Both the position numbers and the translations under genes were made by a program. 32,000 nt of DNA from Desulfocapsa sulfexigens DSM 10523 (GTDB taxonomy: Bacteria; Desulfobacterota; Desulfobulbia; Desulfobulbales; Desulfocapsaceae), in assembly GCF_000341395.1 (NCBI RefSeq), contig NC_020304.1:3540001-3572000 (forward strand), given 5' to 3'. The notes beneath the pieces were generated by a model, which saw nothing but the letters and a program-made list of their open reading frames with translations, was not told the DNA's origin and did no database searches. Below, in pieces: positions 9,572-18,986 of the stretch; positions within the stretch are counted from its first letter, which is position 1; each line of letters opens with the position of its first letter.

Positions 9572-10045
9572 ATGGAAGACACAAAACTCCACCAACTATG
9601 TCCCTGCTGCAGTGCTAAACTCTTTTCCGACTGCTGCCATCCAATAATCCAGGATCAAAGCCAGGCTAAAACAGCGGAACAACTGATGCGTTCCCGGTAT
9701 ACCGCATTCACACAGGCTAACGATAAATATCTTATGGATAGCTGGGCCAGGAAAACACGTCCGGAAACAATCCATTCAGAAGACGATACTATCCGGTGGC
9801 TCAGTCTTGAGATTCTTGAATGTAACGATGGCATGGCCAATGATGAGGATGGTTCTGTTCGTTTTACTGCCCGTTTTCTCAGTTCAGGACACATCTGCAG
9901 TCTTCATGAAAAATCCAGTTTTATCAAAGAGGATGGACTCTGGTACTATCTGGATGGTGAGACGCAATCCAAGACGGCCAAGGTGGGAAGAAATGCTCCC
10001 TGTCCGTGTGGGTCTGGCAAAAAATATAAACGATGTTGTTGTTAA
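9572..10045 (+). CDS. YchJ-like protein with C-terminal SEC-C zinc motif
   Basis: CPCCSAKLFSDCCHPII, AEQLMRSRYTAFTQANDKYLMDSW, GRNAPCPCGSGKKYKRCC. Confidence 0.88.
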   Translation: MEDTKLHQLCPCCSAKLFSDCCHPIIQDQSQAKTAEQLMRSRYTAFTQANDKYLMDSWARKTRPETIHSEDDTIRWLSLEILECNDGMANDEDGSVRFTARFLSSGHICSLHEKSSFIKEDGLWYYLDGETQSKTAKVGRNAPCPCGSGKKYKRCCC

Positions 10046-10064
10046 AAAGAGCTTAGGACCTTAC

Positions 10065-10367
10065 TTATCCGAGAAGTCGTTTGCTGTATTCGCTTAGTCT
10101 TTTGATGAGAAGTCGTCGTTCATTTCCTATCAACTCCTTTTCATCCATAACCTTCTCCAGGTAAAACAAGGTCAGTCCGGAAAATGAGCTTGTTGGATGA
10201 ATTGTCAACCAGCGTTCTGCATCATCATCTGCAAAGGCCCTCTCTACAATATCAACGACAAGAGTATCATCATCTTCCTTTGCCCACTGAATAACCTTTT
10301 CAAAAAGATGCGCCTCTTTAATTTTCCGGTATTCTGCACGCTTAATCATATACTCCACACCCTGCAT
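10065..10367 (-). CDS. Conserved-looking hypothetical protein, about 100 aa, unknown function
   Basis: ORF without clear domain; start chosen at MQGVEYMIK because it is preceded by GGCAGGAGGATTT. Confidence 0.5.
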   Translation of the reverse strand: MQGVEYMIKRAEYRKIKEAHLFEKVIQWAKEDDDTLVVDIVERAFADDDAERWLTIHPTSSFSGLTLFYLEKVMDEKELIGNERRLLIKRLSEYSKRLLG

Positions 10368-10454
10368 AAATCCTCCTGCCATTATTGTCGTCACTCAGTC
10401 ACTCAGCAACTCGGGGGGGGCCCGCAATTGCGTTTCAGTAAAGCTTAACACTCA

Positions 10455-11402
10455 TTAAAACACCGGATTATAATCAAAGAAATGATTAGTCGTCAGATTA
10501 CGATAGGTACGAGTCTCGCTTCTTGCTACAAAAGAGTTAGTCACTGCACCGGTTGCTGTGAACCTCACTCCCTCAAGGAATTCTCCATCCGTTACTCCTG
10601 TTGCAGCAAAGGAAATTTTTCGAGAATTAATCAGATCTTCAACCCGGAAGACCTTATTAAAATCATTGATACCATGGGCAATTGCCTGTTCCCTGTCTGA
10701 AGCATTGTCATATGATATCTTTCCTTCAAGATATCCGCCCAGACAACTGATTGCGGCCGCAACTACTGTACCTTCAGGAGCATATCCATAGCCCATATAG
10801 ATATCTGCCTTTTCACCACTGATTGCAGCAAGGCAACCTGAAATTTCGCCCTCCTCAATCAGCTTGATTCTGGCGCCACAGCTTCTCACTTCATCAATAA
10901 GCCCCTTATGCCGCTTCCGATTTAAAATGCAGACAGTCACGTTTTCGGTGTATTTCCGTAAAACCCTGGCAACCCGTTTTACATTTGCGGTGGGTGATTG
11001 ATTTATATCTATAACCTCACCCACTTCTGGGCCAACCACTATTTTGTACATGTGGAGATTGGGGATTGACTGAATTGAACCATCTTCTGCAATTACGGTA
11101 TAAGAAGTAGAATTGTTCCGTCCATCCGCTGCAGCATGCTGAGCCTCAAGAGCTACAACCATCAAATCCATTTCAGGCCCGCCTTCCCCAAGAGTCTGCG
11201 GCAATTTACAAATTTCCTTCCTCTCCGAGAAACGATCATTTATCACATTGCCGTTTATCATTAACCTGTTGAGGGTCTTTATAATGGCAAACCTTGCCTG
11301 ATTGAGAATATCATCATGATTGCCCAGTCCCTGAATCCTTGCTGCAGTAAGAGCTGCAATCTCAGTCGCTCTGACGATTTCCATCCCATAATTAATATTC
11401 AT
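10455..11402 (-). CDS. GlpX-like (class II fructose-1,6-bisphosphatase family) protein with divergent active-site motifs
   Basis: Global GlpX pattern (IVRATEIAALTAARIQGLG..., YKIVVGPEVG, MGYGYAPEGTVVAAAISCLGGYLEGK) but lacks the expected GEG-DEAPMLYIGE and DP(I/L)EGT motifs. Confidence 0.8.
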   Translation of the reverse strand: MNINYGMEIVRATEIAALTAARIQGLGNHDDILNQARFAIIKTLNRLMINGNVINDRFSERKEICKLPQTLGEGGPEMDLMVVALEAQHAAADGRNNSTSYTVIAEDGSIQSIPNLHMYKIVVGPEVGEVIDINQSPTANVKRVARVLRKYTENVTVCILNRKRHKGLIDEVRSCGARIKLIEEGEISGCLAAISGEKADIYMGYGYAPEGTVVAAAISCLGGYLEGKISYDNASDREQAIAHGINDFNKVFRVEDLINSRKISFAATGVTDGEFLEGVRFTATGAVTNSFVARSETRTYRNLTTNHFFDYNPVF

Positions 11403-11460
11403 TCATCGTCCCAATTTACCATTTTTACAAAATTATATTCGGCCACACAAAAAAAGTTTT

Positions 11461-13272
11461 TCATTCTCCGGTAGCAGTCAACTCCCTGATCCGCTGCAAC
11501 AGAGCATCGCTCTGTTTTTTCAGAAGAGCGCCTTTTGCAGTATCTTTTATTTTCATCGGTTGCCGGAATTCATCTATCAGTTCTATGTCGAGAGGAGCAG
11601 ATTCAAGATTTTGGGCGGCCGCCTGCATCTCTTCAGGGGTGGGAAGAATAATACCAAATAGTTGGTAGGGAGTATGAACCAGAGCATGGCCCCGGTTATA
11701 ATAGGCTGCCGCGAAACCACCATCCACATTTACTGCAACACCGTCACTGGACGCCATCGAATTCCCTTTTGTATAATCGACCGGTGTATGTCCAAAAACT
11801 ACACGCTGAATACCAAATTCTTCCTGCATCTTCAGCTTAAAAGCATCAGTCTGCATATTCTTCTTCCAATAAAGGGTTCTTTCTGCGTGGCTTTCAGTAT
11901 CCAGTAAAAAATACCTCTCAAATGTTTTCATGGCATGTTTCCCAAAGAAGGGAGATTTCGGTCCGCACCAGAGGTAAAAAAACAAGGCCTGATCCCGTTT
12001 CTCCTGAACCTCTCCAGCAAGATATTTTTTACCGACTCGCTCAATTGTTTCCTGAACAAAATCTAGAAGTTCACGTCCACTTCGTCCTAGAAACTCTTCA
12101 AAATCACCATCAATGGTGGAAGGAACAAGTGCATGAATATTTAGACTATTGTTGTGAATATGGTAGGTTTTGCCTTTTTTAAAAAAATAGCGGAGGAGCC
12201 GTTTAATCTTTGTATTAGTGGTAAACTGATGGGTTAAATCATCAATAACGACCTGTTCCTCTTCGGTGAGTTTTGAGGGATGTTCAAAGTCGATGGTTGG
12301 GAAATGGCTGTCATTAAGGCCTGCCGTATCTCCTGTCTTCAGCATTTTGGCAAGACGATCAAGCCAGAGTCGGGACTCCATTTCATACTCAGGGAAGTCT
12401 CGTATGGTCTGCTCTTCAAGCTTAAACTGAATAACGGCAAGAGCCTTTTCCATGCTCCTTCCCCTGTCAGTTTTTGCCTTGATTTTTCCAGTAATTTTCG
12501 CAACCGGATAGGTCTTTTCAGCAAAAGCAGCCAACCTGGAGCTGTCAAAGGAAAGTCTTCCCATCAATTCGAAATGATCGTAGCGACTGGTAATGCGCAT
12601 AGCCTCGGCGATCAAGGACTGATTTCCTGAAACTGCCCCCATCCACAGGATATCATGGTTGCCGAAAACGTAATCTACCATATCCCTGTATGCTGGCGAA
12701 GAAAGAATCCTGATAATCTTATCTGGCTGAGGACCACGGTCAAAGACATCACCAAGAACCAGAATACGATCCAGAAGAACTTGTCTGATACTGTGAGCAA
12801 GATGACTGATCAATCTCTCGGACAGCACAGGTTCCTCAAAAACCTGGTCTGGAACAGGGAGACCGGAAATCAGACGTTTAATGGTATTACGGAACTCTGG
12901 CGGAAATATACCCTTGGTTCGGTGCCTGATATTGGATAAACGGTACTTGAGAATCTCGACAAGACAGAAGATAACATCCTGAGTATCCATAAGAATAGTA
13001 TCTTCAGCAAAATATTCTTTCTTACGGATAACCTGAGTAAGATATTGAATTTTATCTACACTGAAAGTCTTCGGCAGTGCCTCACGACACGTCTGGTACA
13101 ACATTCCAAAACGGCCGCGAAGGATCGCCATAAAACGATCTCCTTCACCATGGAGATCACTGATCCAGAGAGTGACAGGAATATTGGAGTTCAACTCATT
13201 TTCAAGCTGCAGCAATTGTTGAGCGAGCTTATCCAACTCACCGGCCTGCAGACGAAAACGTTCTTCCTTCAT
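11461..13272 (-). CDS. fbp: Class III fructose-1,6-bisphosphatase (Firmicutes-type)
   Basis: [100 protein letters not shown]; metallophosphatase motifs and family length (603 aa). Confidence 0.93.
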   Translation of the reverse strand: MKEERFRLQAGELDKLAQQLLQLENELNSNIPVTLWISDLHGEGDRFMAILRGRFGMLYQTCREALPKTFSVDKIQYLTQVIRKKEYFAEDTILMDTQDVIFCLVEILKYRLSNIRHRTKGIFPPEFRNTIKRLISGLPVPDQVFEEPVLSERLISHLAHSIRQVLLDRILVLGDVFDRGPQPDKIIRILSSPAYRDMVDYVFGNHDILWMGAVSGNQSLIAEAMRITSRYDHFELMGRLSFDSSRLAAFAEKTYPVAKITGKIKAKTDRGRSMEKALAVIQFKLEEQTIRDFPEYEMESRLWLDRLAKMLKTGDTAGLNDSHFPTIDFEHPSKLTEEEQVVIDDLTHQFTTNTKIKRLLRYFFKKGKTYHIHNNSLNIHALVPSTIDGDFEEFLGRSGRELLDFVQETIERVGKKYLAGEVQEKRDQALFFYLWCGPKSPFFGKHAMKTFERYFLLDTESHAERTLYWKKNMQTDAFKLKMQEEFGIQRVVFGHTPVDYTKGNSMASSDGVAVNVDGGFAAAYYNRGHALVHTPYQLFGIILPTPEEMQAAAQNLESAPLDIELIDEFRQPMKIKDTAKGALLKKQSDALLQRIRELTATGE

Positions 13273-13474
13273 ACCCCACTCTCCTGTTGTTCTATAAAAT
13301 CTAACAAATTAGCCAGTTAAGTCTCTATCGTATCAAAACCATACAGATATCAGTGTCATACGCCTCTTCGGAAACAACTTCAAAATCCTGGCTCCAGGAG
13401 GCTTCCAATAAAGTGTTAAGCGTGTGCTCCCTTTTCGCTGATACTCTTTCACCCCAGGTGCAAAAAGGCAAATA

Positions 13475-13978
13475 TCATTTCTGATTACGCTCTTTCACTA
13501 ATTGCTCAGCACTCATATTCCAGAAGGGATCACCATCCTTCGTGAGACGAACTTTGAATTCATAGTGTTCACCTTTTTTTACCTTAGAGGCAAGAAAGAC
13601 ATCAACTCCATCAATTTCAGCCCAGCTCCCTTTTATTGTCACCCGGTCTCCTCTTTTGATCCCGGTATCCTTAGGAGTAGCAAAGGAGACAGGACATAAA
13701 TGAACATCAATTTTATCTCCTGCGTCATCGAGTACCAGCACCGTAGCCTCAGCCATTCCTGGAAGGGGGCTGATTTTCTTAAAACTCAGGACGGTTCCTT
13801 TCAACTTGTCAATCTCACGGGGATTATATAATTTATTATATTCGTCACCATTGCCCCAGCCTTTCATATCTTCAGCCGAAGCAGCGCAAACAGAAGAAAG
13901 AGTAAGGAAAGCGAGAGAATAAATCACCGCACAGAGAATAAAACTCTTCTTGAGAAATGTATGCATAGGAGAACCCAT
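13475..13978 (-). CDS. Secreted small protein with possible OB-fold-like domain, unknown function
   Basis: Signal peptide (FLKKSFILCAVIYSLAFLTLSSVCAASA) followed by KLKGTVLSFKKI...GDRVTIKGSW; start could be 13978 or 13966. Confidence 0.6.
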   Translation of the reverse strand: MGSPMHTFLKKSFILCAVIYSLAFLTLSSVCAASAEDMKGWGNGDEYNKLYNPREIDKLKGTVLSFKKISPLPGMAEATVLVLDDAGDKIDVHLCPVSFATPKDTGIKRGDRVTIKGSWAEIDGVDVFLASKVKKGEHYEFKVRLTKDGDPFWNMSAEQLVKERNQK

Positions 13979-14233
13979 CTAAAAATTAATGTATCCTTGA
14001 ATGCAGGAACAAAAAACTCCTGCAGATTTAACTATAATTTAATATATATAGCAATGATAGGGATGGCAAGTACTATGCTTTGTTCAGGAGAGCGGCTTGA
14101 ATTGTTTTTCCTGGGAAACAGGAGAGAGACGGGTTTAACAGGGGGCAACAGTACAGTAACTGATGATAGATTTAATCGGGATATTTTTGTCTTTCATTTC
14201 TTCATCCTGAGAGCCCTGATTATGGGCACTCGG

Positions 14234-14584
14234 CTATGGTTTAATATAGGCGAATCCATCTGCCTGCAGCTCAATCAGACCAACGACACCAGCAGGAATT
14301 ATTTCACAACCTTCAAACAGATCCTCCTTTGCTATATCAAAAAGTGTCAGTGCTCTTTCACAGATCTGGATACGAACCCCGGCAGCAACAATTTGTCTGA
14401 GTTTCTCCATGAAGATATACATCTGATCTCCAGCCAACAATGCCACTCCCGGACCGGTAACCAGTAAAATCAATTCAACCTCCTTCCCCTCCAATGCCTC
14501 AAGAGTATTACTGATATTATTCAAACCAAGGTTGAAAATAAGATCATCTTCAAGATCTATATGAATTACCGCTTTATATAGCAT
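14234..14584 (-). CDS. DsrE/DsrF-like family protein
   Basis: YKAVIHIDLEDDLIFNLGLNNISNTLEAL...VELILLVTGPGVALL...ICERALTLFDIAKEDLFEGCEIIPAGVVGLIELQADGFAYIKP, typical DsrE-like layout. Confidence 0.75.
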   Translation of the reverse strand: MLYKAVIHIDLEDDLIFNLGLNNISNTLEALEGKEVELILLVTGPGVALLAGDQMYIFMEKLRQIVAAGVRIQICERALTLFDIAKEDLFEGCEIIPAGVVGLIELQADGFAYIKP

Positions 14585-14629
14585 GAGACTATACTCCCGC
14601 TAAAACTATAGCTTTTCTGTTTTTAATAT

Positions 14630-14668
14630 CCAAAATATACTGATAGTAAACTTATCAGAATATTTTGG
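14630..14668. repeat. 16-bp near-perfect inverted repeat (one mismatch, 7-nt loop), AT-rich
   Basis: CCAAAATATACTGATA-GTAAACT-TATCAGAATATTTTGG between the cytochrome stop and the DsrE-like start; likely an intrinsic terminator or operator. Confidence 0.8.
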
Positions 14669-14684
14669 ATGTGTCGTTGATTTA

Positions 14685-15086
14685 TTAATGTGTAACAGTA
14701 TGAGGATGAGGATCTGAAGATTTCAAATCTTTTGGTTGAAAATGACAGGAATTACAGAGAGTGTTGGCGGCAAAAGCAGTCTCACCGTCATGGCAGGCCC
14801 CACAGGATCTGCCTTTCACCAAAGCACTCATGGTTTGATCAATCTTTGGCGTAACGCCACGCTGCATTGCAAACAGATCCTCATGACAAGCCGCACAAGC
14901 CAGACCTACCTGTTCCGTATGCACTCGATGATCAAAGATGACATTAACAGGGCTATCCATAATAATGGGATTTTTCGGTCCAAATTTTTTCGAATCGTAG
15001 CTTTCTGCGGCGAAAGCATGGCTGCTTAGCAAGAAGCCACCAATGAGGGTAAGGACACCAACGGCACTAAAAAAAGATTTGTTCAT
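14685..15086 (-). CDS. Periplasmic multiheme (triheme c7/c3-type) cytochrome c
   Basis: Signal peptide MNKSFFSAVGVLTLIGGFLLSSHAFA; three CXXCH motifs (CAACH, CGACH, CNSCH) and additional His residues (FDHRVH). Confidence 0.88.
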   Translation of the reverse strand: MNKSFFSAVGVLTLIGGFLLSSHAFAAESYDSKKFGPKNPIIMDSPVNVIFDHRVHTEQVGLACAACHEDLFAMQRGVTPKIDQTMSALVKGRSCGACHDGETAFAANTLCNSCHFQPKDLKSSDPHPHTVTH

Positions 15087-15439
15087 TTTTTATTCTCCTG
15101 TAATTCGAAAAAATATTTCAATCCACCAGACGCTAGTTTCTATGGAATAGTGAATCACAACAAACCACTCTAATTATAGCCATTTATAGTTTTTGAAGCT
15201 AAATACTTACTGTATCACGCAAGGAAGCATAAAAAAGCTCAACTTCATAGTATTCCAGGTGTCGAAGTACCACATTAATAGACGACTCAGGCGCTCACAT
15301 TACAATTCCTGTCGAAACTGTCAAGCTTCTTTTTAGATATATGCTCAAAAAACCAACTTCACAGAGTCCCCTGCGAGGTTCCCTCACTCGTCCTTCTAAA
15401 AGAAAATCATTTATCATTTAACAATATCCTTAAATTCTG

Positions 15440-15468
15440 TTGACATCCTCAACCGATACCCTTATTTT
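15440..15468 (+). promoter_or_regulatory. Putative sigma70-type promoter for the 15547 signalling gene
   Basis: TTGACA (15440-15445), 17-nt spacer, TATTTT (15463-15468) in the divergent intergenic region. Confidence 0.5.
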
Positions 15469-15546
15469 GTGTGTATATGTTACTTTAACGGTGTTTCTTA
15501 TTAGATACTAATCTTTTATTTTCAGTGTATTGTAATAAACCTGACC

Positions 15547-16956
15547 ATGACAAAAGAAAACAATTCTGATTATTTCGCACGTGTCATTACTGAAAAAACA
15601 GCTACTTACAACAGTTCACCCCTCACATCTTTCCACGATCACTTATTGAAAATATTTTTCGACCTTGCCCAGCAATATGACGGTCTGGACAGTTTTTATC
15701 AAATCTGCGTTGCAATTCCACAGGCTCTTCATCCCCAAATCGCTGTTTCTCTTGCGGTACTAACACATTCAAAAAACGGTTTTCAACTTGCTTGCGCAGG
15801 TAAATCACCAATACATATTCCTGAACATATCATTAGCCATCTCCCTCTCGTTGCAAAGGAGTCATCATACACCGAAGAAGACGTCTTGCTTTTACCTGTA
15901 ATCTCAAGACCACTGATTAGTCCAACAAACGGAACCGCTCCCGATAAACTTATGAAAAATACTATGGAGAATGAGACTCACCCCTGTCTCGGATTTCTCT
16001 TCATCACTCATTTTGAGCTTCTCACTAGCATTGATCGTCTTTTCCTGGAGAAGCTGGTTACCCGTATTGGCTACAATCTCCAGCGACGCCTTCTTCAGGC
16101 CAGCCACCTCCAACATATAAACTTTCTCAAACAGCTTGGTCGGGATATTGGGCATAATGTCATTTCACCAAACATGCATTTCAAGAATCTTTTCCGGCAA
16201 CTTGAAAAGAAGATAAACCTCATAAATCATGAAGTTAACGTCAACATTGACTTTGTCAACAAACCATCACTCCGTATCCTCAAAAGATGTAATGAAATAA
16301 GGGCTGATCTTATTTCCACCCATGAAGAACTCCTCGAACATTATAATCGGACAAGTCTCTACCTTGAAACACTGCTCCGCCAGGAACATTTTAACAGGGG
16401 AGAGTTTATCCTCAAAGCACGTCGCTGTAATATCGAAACTGAGATCATCATACCTGAACTCGAAATCTATCGAAGACGTTTTGAAAATCTTGGAATTACC
16501 ATTGACCATCCCCACAACATGAGAGATCGTCGGTTTTATCTTAAAGGTGATCAGGGACTGCTCTCCCAAGTATTCGATAATCTTTTTTCCAACGCTGTTA
16601 AATATACAGCGACATCAACTGACAATCACGGCTCCCCAAGGAAGGCTGTTGCATATGGTTGCCAGGATATAAATAACTTCCCCAAAAAAGGAAAAAAAGG
16701 GGTAAAATTCAATATATTTTCAACAGGAGAACATCTTAACGACGACGAACGGCTTACCATATTCAATGATGGTGTAAGAGGAGGAAATGTTGGCTACAAT
16801 CCAGGAAGTGGTCATGGCCTGGCATTTGTCAAAAATGTCGTTGAAATTCACGGCGGAGATGTGGGGTACGAAGCTGTCTCTGGTGGAAACAACTTTTACT
16901 TTATCCTTCCTCTTACAGAAGAAGAACCAGCTGCTGGAGATAGCAGCAATACGTGA
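15547..16956 (+). CDS. Cytoplasmic sensor histidine kinase-like protein (GAF-like N-terminus plus HATPase)
   Basis: No TM segments; H-box-like DIGHNVISPNMHFKNLFRQL; N-box NLFSNAVKYTA; GSGHGLAFVKNVVEIHGGDVGYEA. Confidence 0.8.
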   Translation: MTKENNSDYFARVITEKTATYNSSPLTSFHDHLLKIFFDLAQQYDGLDSFYQICVAIPQALHPQIAVSLAVLTHSKNGFQLACAGKSPIHIPEHIISHLPLVAKESSYTEEDVLLLPVISRPLISPTNGTAPDKLMKNTMENETHPCLGFLFITHFELLTSIDRLFLEKLVTRIGYNLQRRLLQASHLQHINFLKQLGRDIGHNVISPNMHFKNLFRQLEKKINLINHEVNVNIDFVNKPSLRILKRCNEIRADLISTHEELLEHYNRTSLYLETLLRQEHFNRGEFILKARRCNIETEIIIPELEIYRRRFENLGITIDHPHNMRDRRFYLKGDQGLLSQVFDNLFSNAVKYTATSTDNHGSPRKAVAYGCQDINNFPKKGKKGVKFNIFSTGEHLNDDERLTIFNDGVRGGNVGYNPGSGHGLAFVKNVVEIHGGDVGYEAVSGGNNFYFILPLTEEEPAAGDSSNT

Positions 16957-17001
16957 TTCATATAACAGGACTCAAAGAGTCCATAACACAAGGAGACAAA
17001 C

Positions 17002-17187
17002 ATGTTTAAGGTAGACGTAGACAAAGACAAATGTACTGGTTGTGAGGAATGTATCAATAATTGCCCGGCTTCAGTACTTGAGCTGGTGGATGGAAAATCT
17101 GAACCCGTTGAAATGGATGAATGCCTGGGTTGTGAAACATGCGTAGAAGTTTGCCCTGAGGGAGCTATCACTGTTACCGAAGTGTGA
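17002..17187 (+). CDS. 2[4Fe-4S] ferredoxin
   Basis: CTGCEECINNCPASVLEL ... CLGCETCVEVCPEGAI; SD AAGGAGAC upstream. Confidence 0.95.
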   Translation: MFKVDVDKDKCTGCEECINNCPASVLELVDGKSEPVEMDECLGCETCVEVCPEGAITVTEV

Positions 17188-17256
17188 CGAATAGCAACAA
17201 GAGAAGATATTATATTTATTATAATACTATCAACCTAACCCAAAGAGATACTCCCT

Positions 17257-17757
17257 ATGAGCAAAATCAAATCTATTCTTTATGCCACTGATTTATCAGA
17301 GAGTGCTAAACCTGCTCTGAGCTGGGCCATAAGTCTGGCCGAACAGTATGATGCAACTATTTCAATTATCCATATTATACCTGATATGATAGAAGAGATA
17401 TCCGCCTCCATGGGATATGATCTGTCTGCTCATTATAACATGGATGAACTTAAGGATCTGAACAAGGAAGGTCAGAACGATGCTAAGGATGCCATAAAAG
17501 AACGAATTAAAAGTGTCTGCGATGAAAAGAAAGATGAGTTTCCGAGTTGTCAATTGGATTTCAACAAAATTATCATTAAAGCCGGTCACCCTGTACAGAG
17601 AATTATTGAGGCAGCAGATGATGGGAACTTTGATATAGTTGTTATGGGTACCCACGGACATGGTTTCATTGATAACCTTCTGCTGGGATCCGTAGCCCGA
17701 GGAGTAGTGCAAAAATGCACTGTTCCTGTTCTTACCATCAGACTTCCTTCTCAATAA
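17257..17757 (+). CDS. Universal stress protein (UspA family)
   Basis: KSILYATDLSESAKPALSWAISLAEQY ... IVVMGTHGHGFIDNLLLGSVARGVVQKCTVPVLTI. Confidence 0.95.
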   Translation: MSKIKSILYATDLSESAKPALSWAISLAEQYDATISIIHIIPDMIEEISASMGYDLSAHYNMDELKDLNKEGQNDAKDAIKERIKSVCDEKKDEFPSCQLDFNKIIIKAGHPVQRIIEAADDGNFDIVVMGTHGHGFIDNLLLGSVARGVVQKCTVPVLTIRLPSQ

Positions 17758-17805
17758 AATTGAATGGTTTAAAATAGTCATCCACTTTTCAACACAGCCT
17801 TTTCC

Positions 17806-17834
17806 TGTTACCACCGGATTTCCCGGTGGTAACA
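17806..17834. repeat. Perfect 12-bp inverted repeat with 5-nt loop
   Basis: TGTTACCACCGG-ATTTC-CCGGTGGTAACA between the Usp stop and the PAS kinase start; no T tract follows on either strand. Confidence 0.85.
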
Positions 17835-17869
17835 AAGATGTCTCAGATCAACATTAAGGAACGGCAACT

Positions 17870-18919
17870 ATGGCTAAAAAAAAACCACAGTACTTTAGCA
17901 AGTTAATACTTGACAGCATCCCTGTTGCCATGGTGACCATGGATGCTGATTTCAAAATCACCTCTTTCAACAATATAGCAGAACATCTAACCGGTTTTTC
18001 CGCTTCGGAGGCAATTGGAAATCCCTGTTATAAAATTTTGCACAGCAGTAAATGTGATACCGAATGTCCTTTGCAAACAGTGCAGGAATATGGCGAATCA
18101 TCCACTGGCCTGGAAGCTGAATTTATCAATCACTTCCATGAACATATCCCTGTACGCATAGGCACCGCTGCTATTGAGGATAATTCCGGAAACTTTATAG
18201 GATACCTGGAAGTCATTGAAGATGTTTCACGAGAGAAGGCGTTGGAGCGTGAAAAAAACAATTTTCATTTTATGGTTGCTCACGATATAAAATCGCCACT
18301 CGTTGCCATGCAGGGCTTAATTGCAAGAATTCGTGAACACCATGATGAAATGTCTGCAGAGAAACGGGAAGACTACTTTAGAATTATCAGTGAAGCTGGA
18401 GAGCAAATAGCAGCACAGGTAAACACCTTTCTTGAGTACTCGCGCCAGGCCAACAAAAAAATAAAACTCACTCCTGAGCTTATCGATTTACCGCAACTCA
18501 TTGAAGACCTGACACAAAGGCACCAGCCTCAAGCAACAGCAAAAAAGCTTGTTATCCGTACTGAATACAGGCCAATGAAACAAATAAAGGCAGATTTCAG
18601 ACAACTGCAACGTGTTTTCGAAAATCTTCTCGATAATGCGATCAAATTTGCCCACCAGCCTGGTGAAATAGTCATCTCCATTGATGACTCCCCAAAAGAA
18701 GTAATCATCCAGGTTAAGGATTGTGGTCCAGGTATCAGTGCTGATGAGCTCCCCTTTATCTTTGACGCTTTCCATCAACACAAATCAAGTGACACAGGGC
18801 ATGGTCTTGGACTTGCGGCAGTCCGTGCTATTGTTCACGAACATGGAGGACGGGTAGCAGCTAAAAGCAGGCCGGACCATGGAGCAATTTTCACCGTTCG
18901 ATTACCAAAAAAAGAATAA
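17870..18919 (+). CDS. PAS-domain sensor histidine kinase (no TM)
   Basis: PAS-like N-terminus with CYKILHSSKCDTECPLQTV; H-box MVAHDIKSPLVAMQG; NLLDNAIKFA; DCGPGIS; GHGLGLAAVRAIVHEHGG. Confidence 0.9.
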   Translation: MAKKKPQYFSKLILDSIPVAMVTMDADFKITSFNNIAEHLTGFSASEAIGNPCYKILHSSKCDTECPLQTVQEYGESSTGLEAEFINHFHEHIPVRIGTAAIEDNSGNFIGYLEVIEDVSREKALEREKNNFHFMVAHDIKSPLVAMQGLIARIREHHDEMSAEKREDYFRIISEAGEQIAAQVNTFLEYSRQANKKIKLTPELIDLPQLIEDLTQRHQPQATAKKLVIRTEYRPMKQIKADFRQLQRVFENLLDNAIKFAHQPGEIVISIDDSPKEVIIQVKDCGPGISADELPFIFDAFHQHKSSDTGHGLGLAAVRAIVHEHGGRVAAKSRPDHGAIFTVRLPKKE

Positions 18920-18986
18920 ATGAACTACATATATCACCAGTATATTGCACCCTTTTTTTATTATTGACTGAACAAGGAAACACTTT

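Noticed and set aside
10370-10440. Local short repeats (GTCACTCAGTCACTCAG) and a G7 run near the 100-aa ORF start
   Set aside because: Too short and only two units; no array-like structure, so not a CRISPR or meaningful satellite.
13961-14467. 168-aa ORF on + strand
   Set aside because: Overlaps the DsrE-like gene in antisense and composition looks like a chance frame; no recognisable motifs.
16968-16982. Short hairpin GGACTC-AAA-GAGTCC between kinase and ferredoxin
   Set aside because: Only 6 bp with a 3-nt loop and no T tract; too weak to call a terminator.
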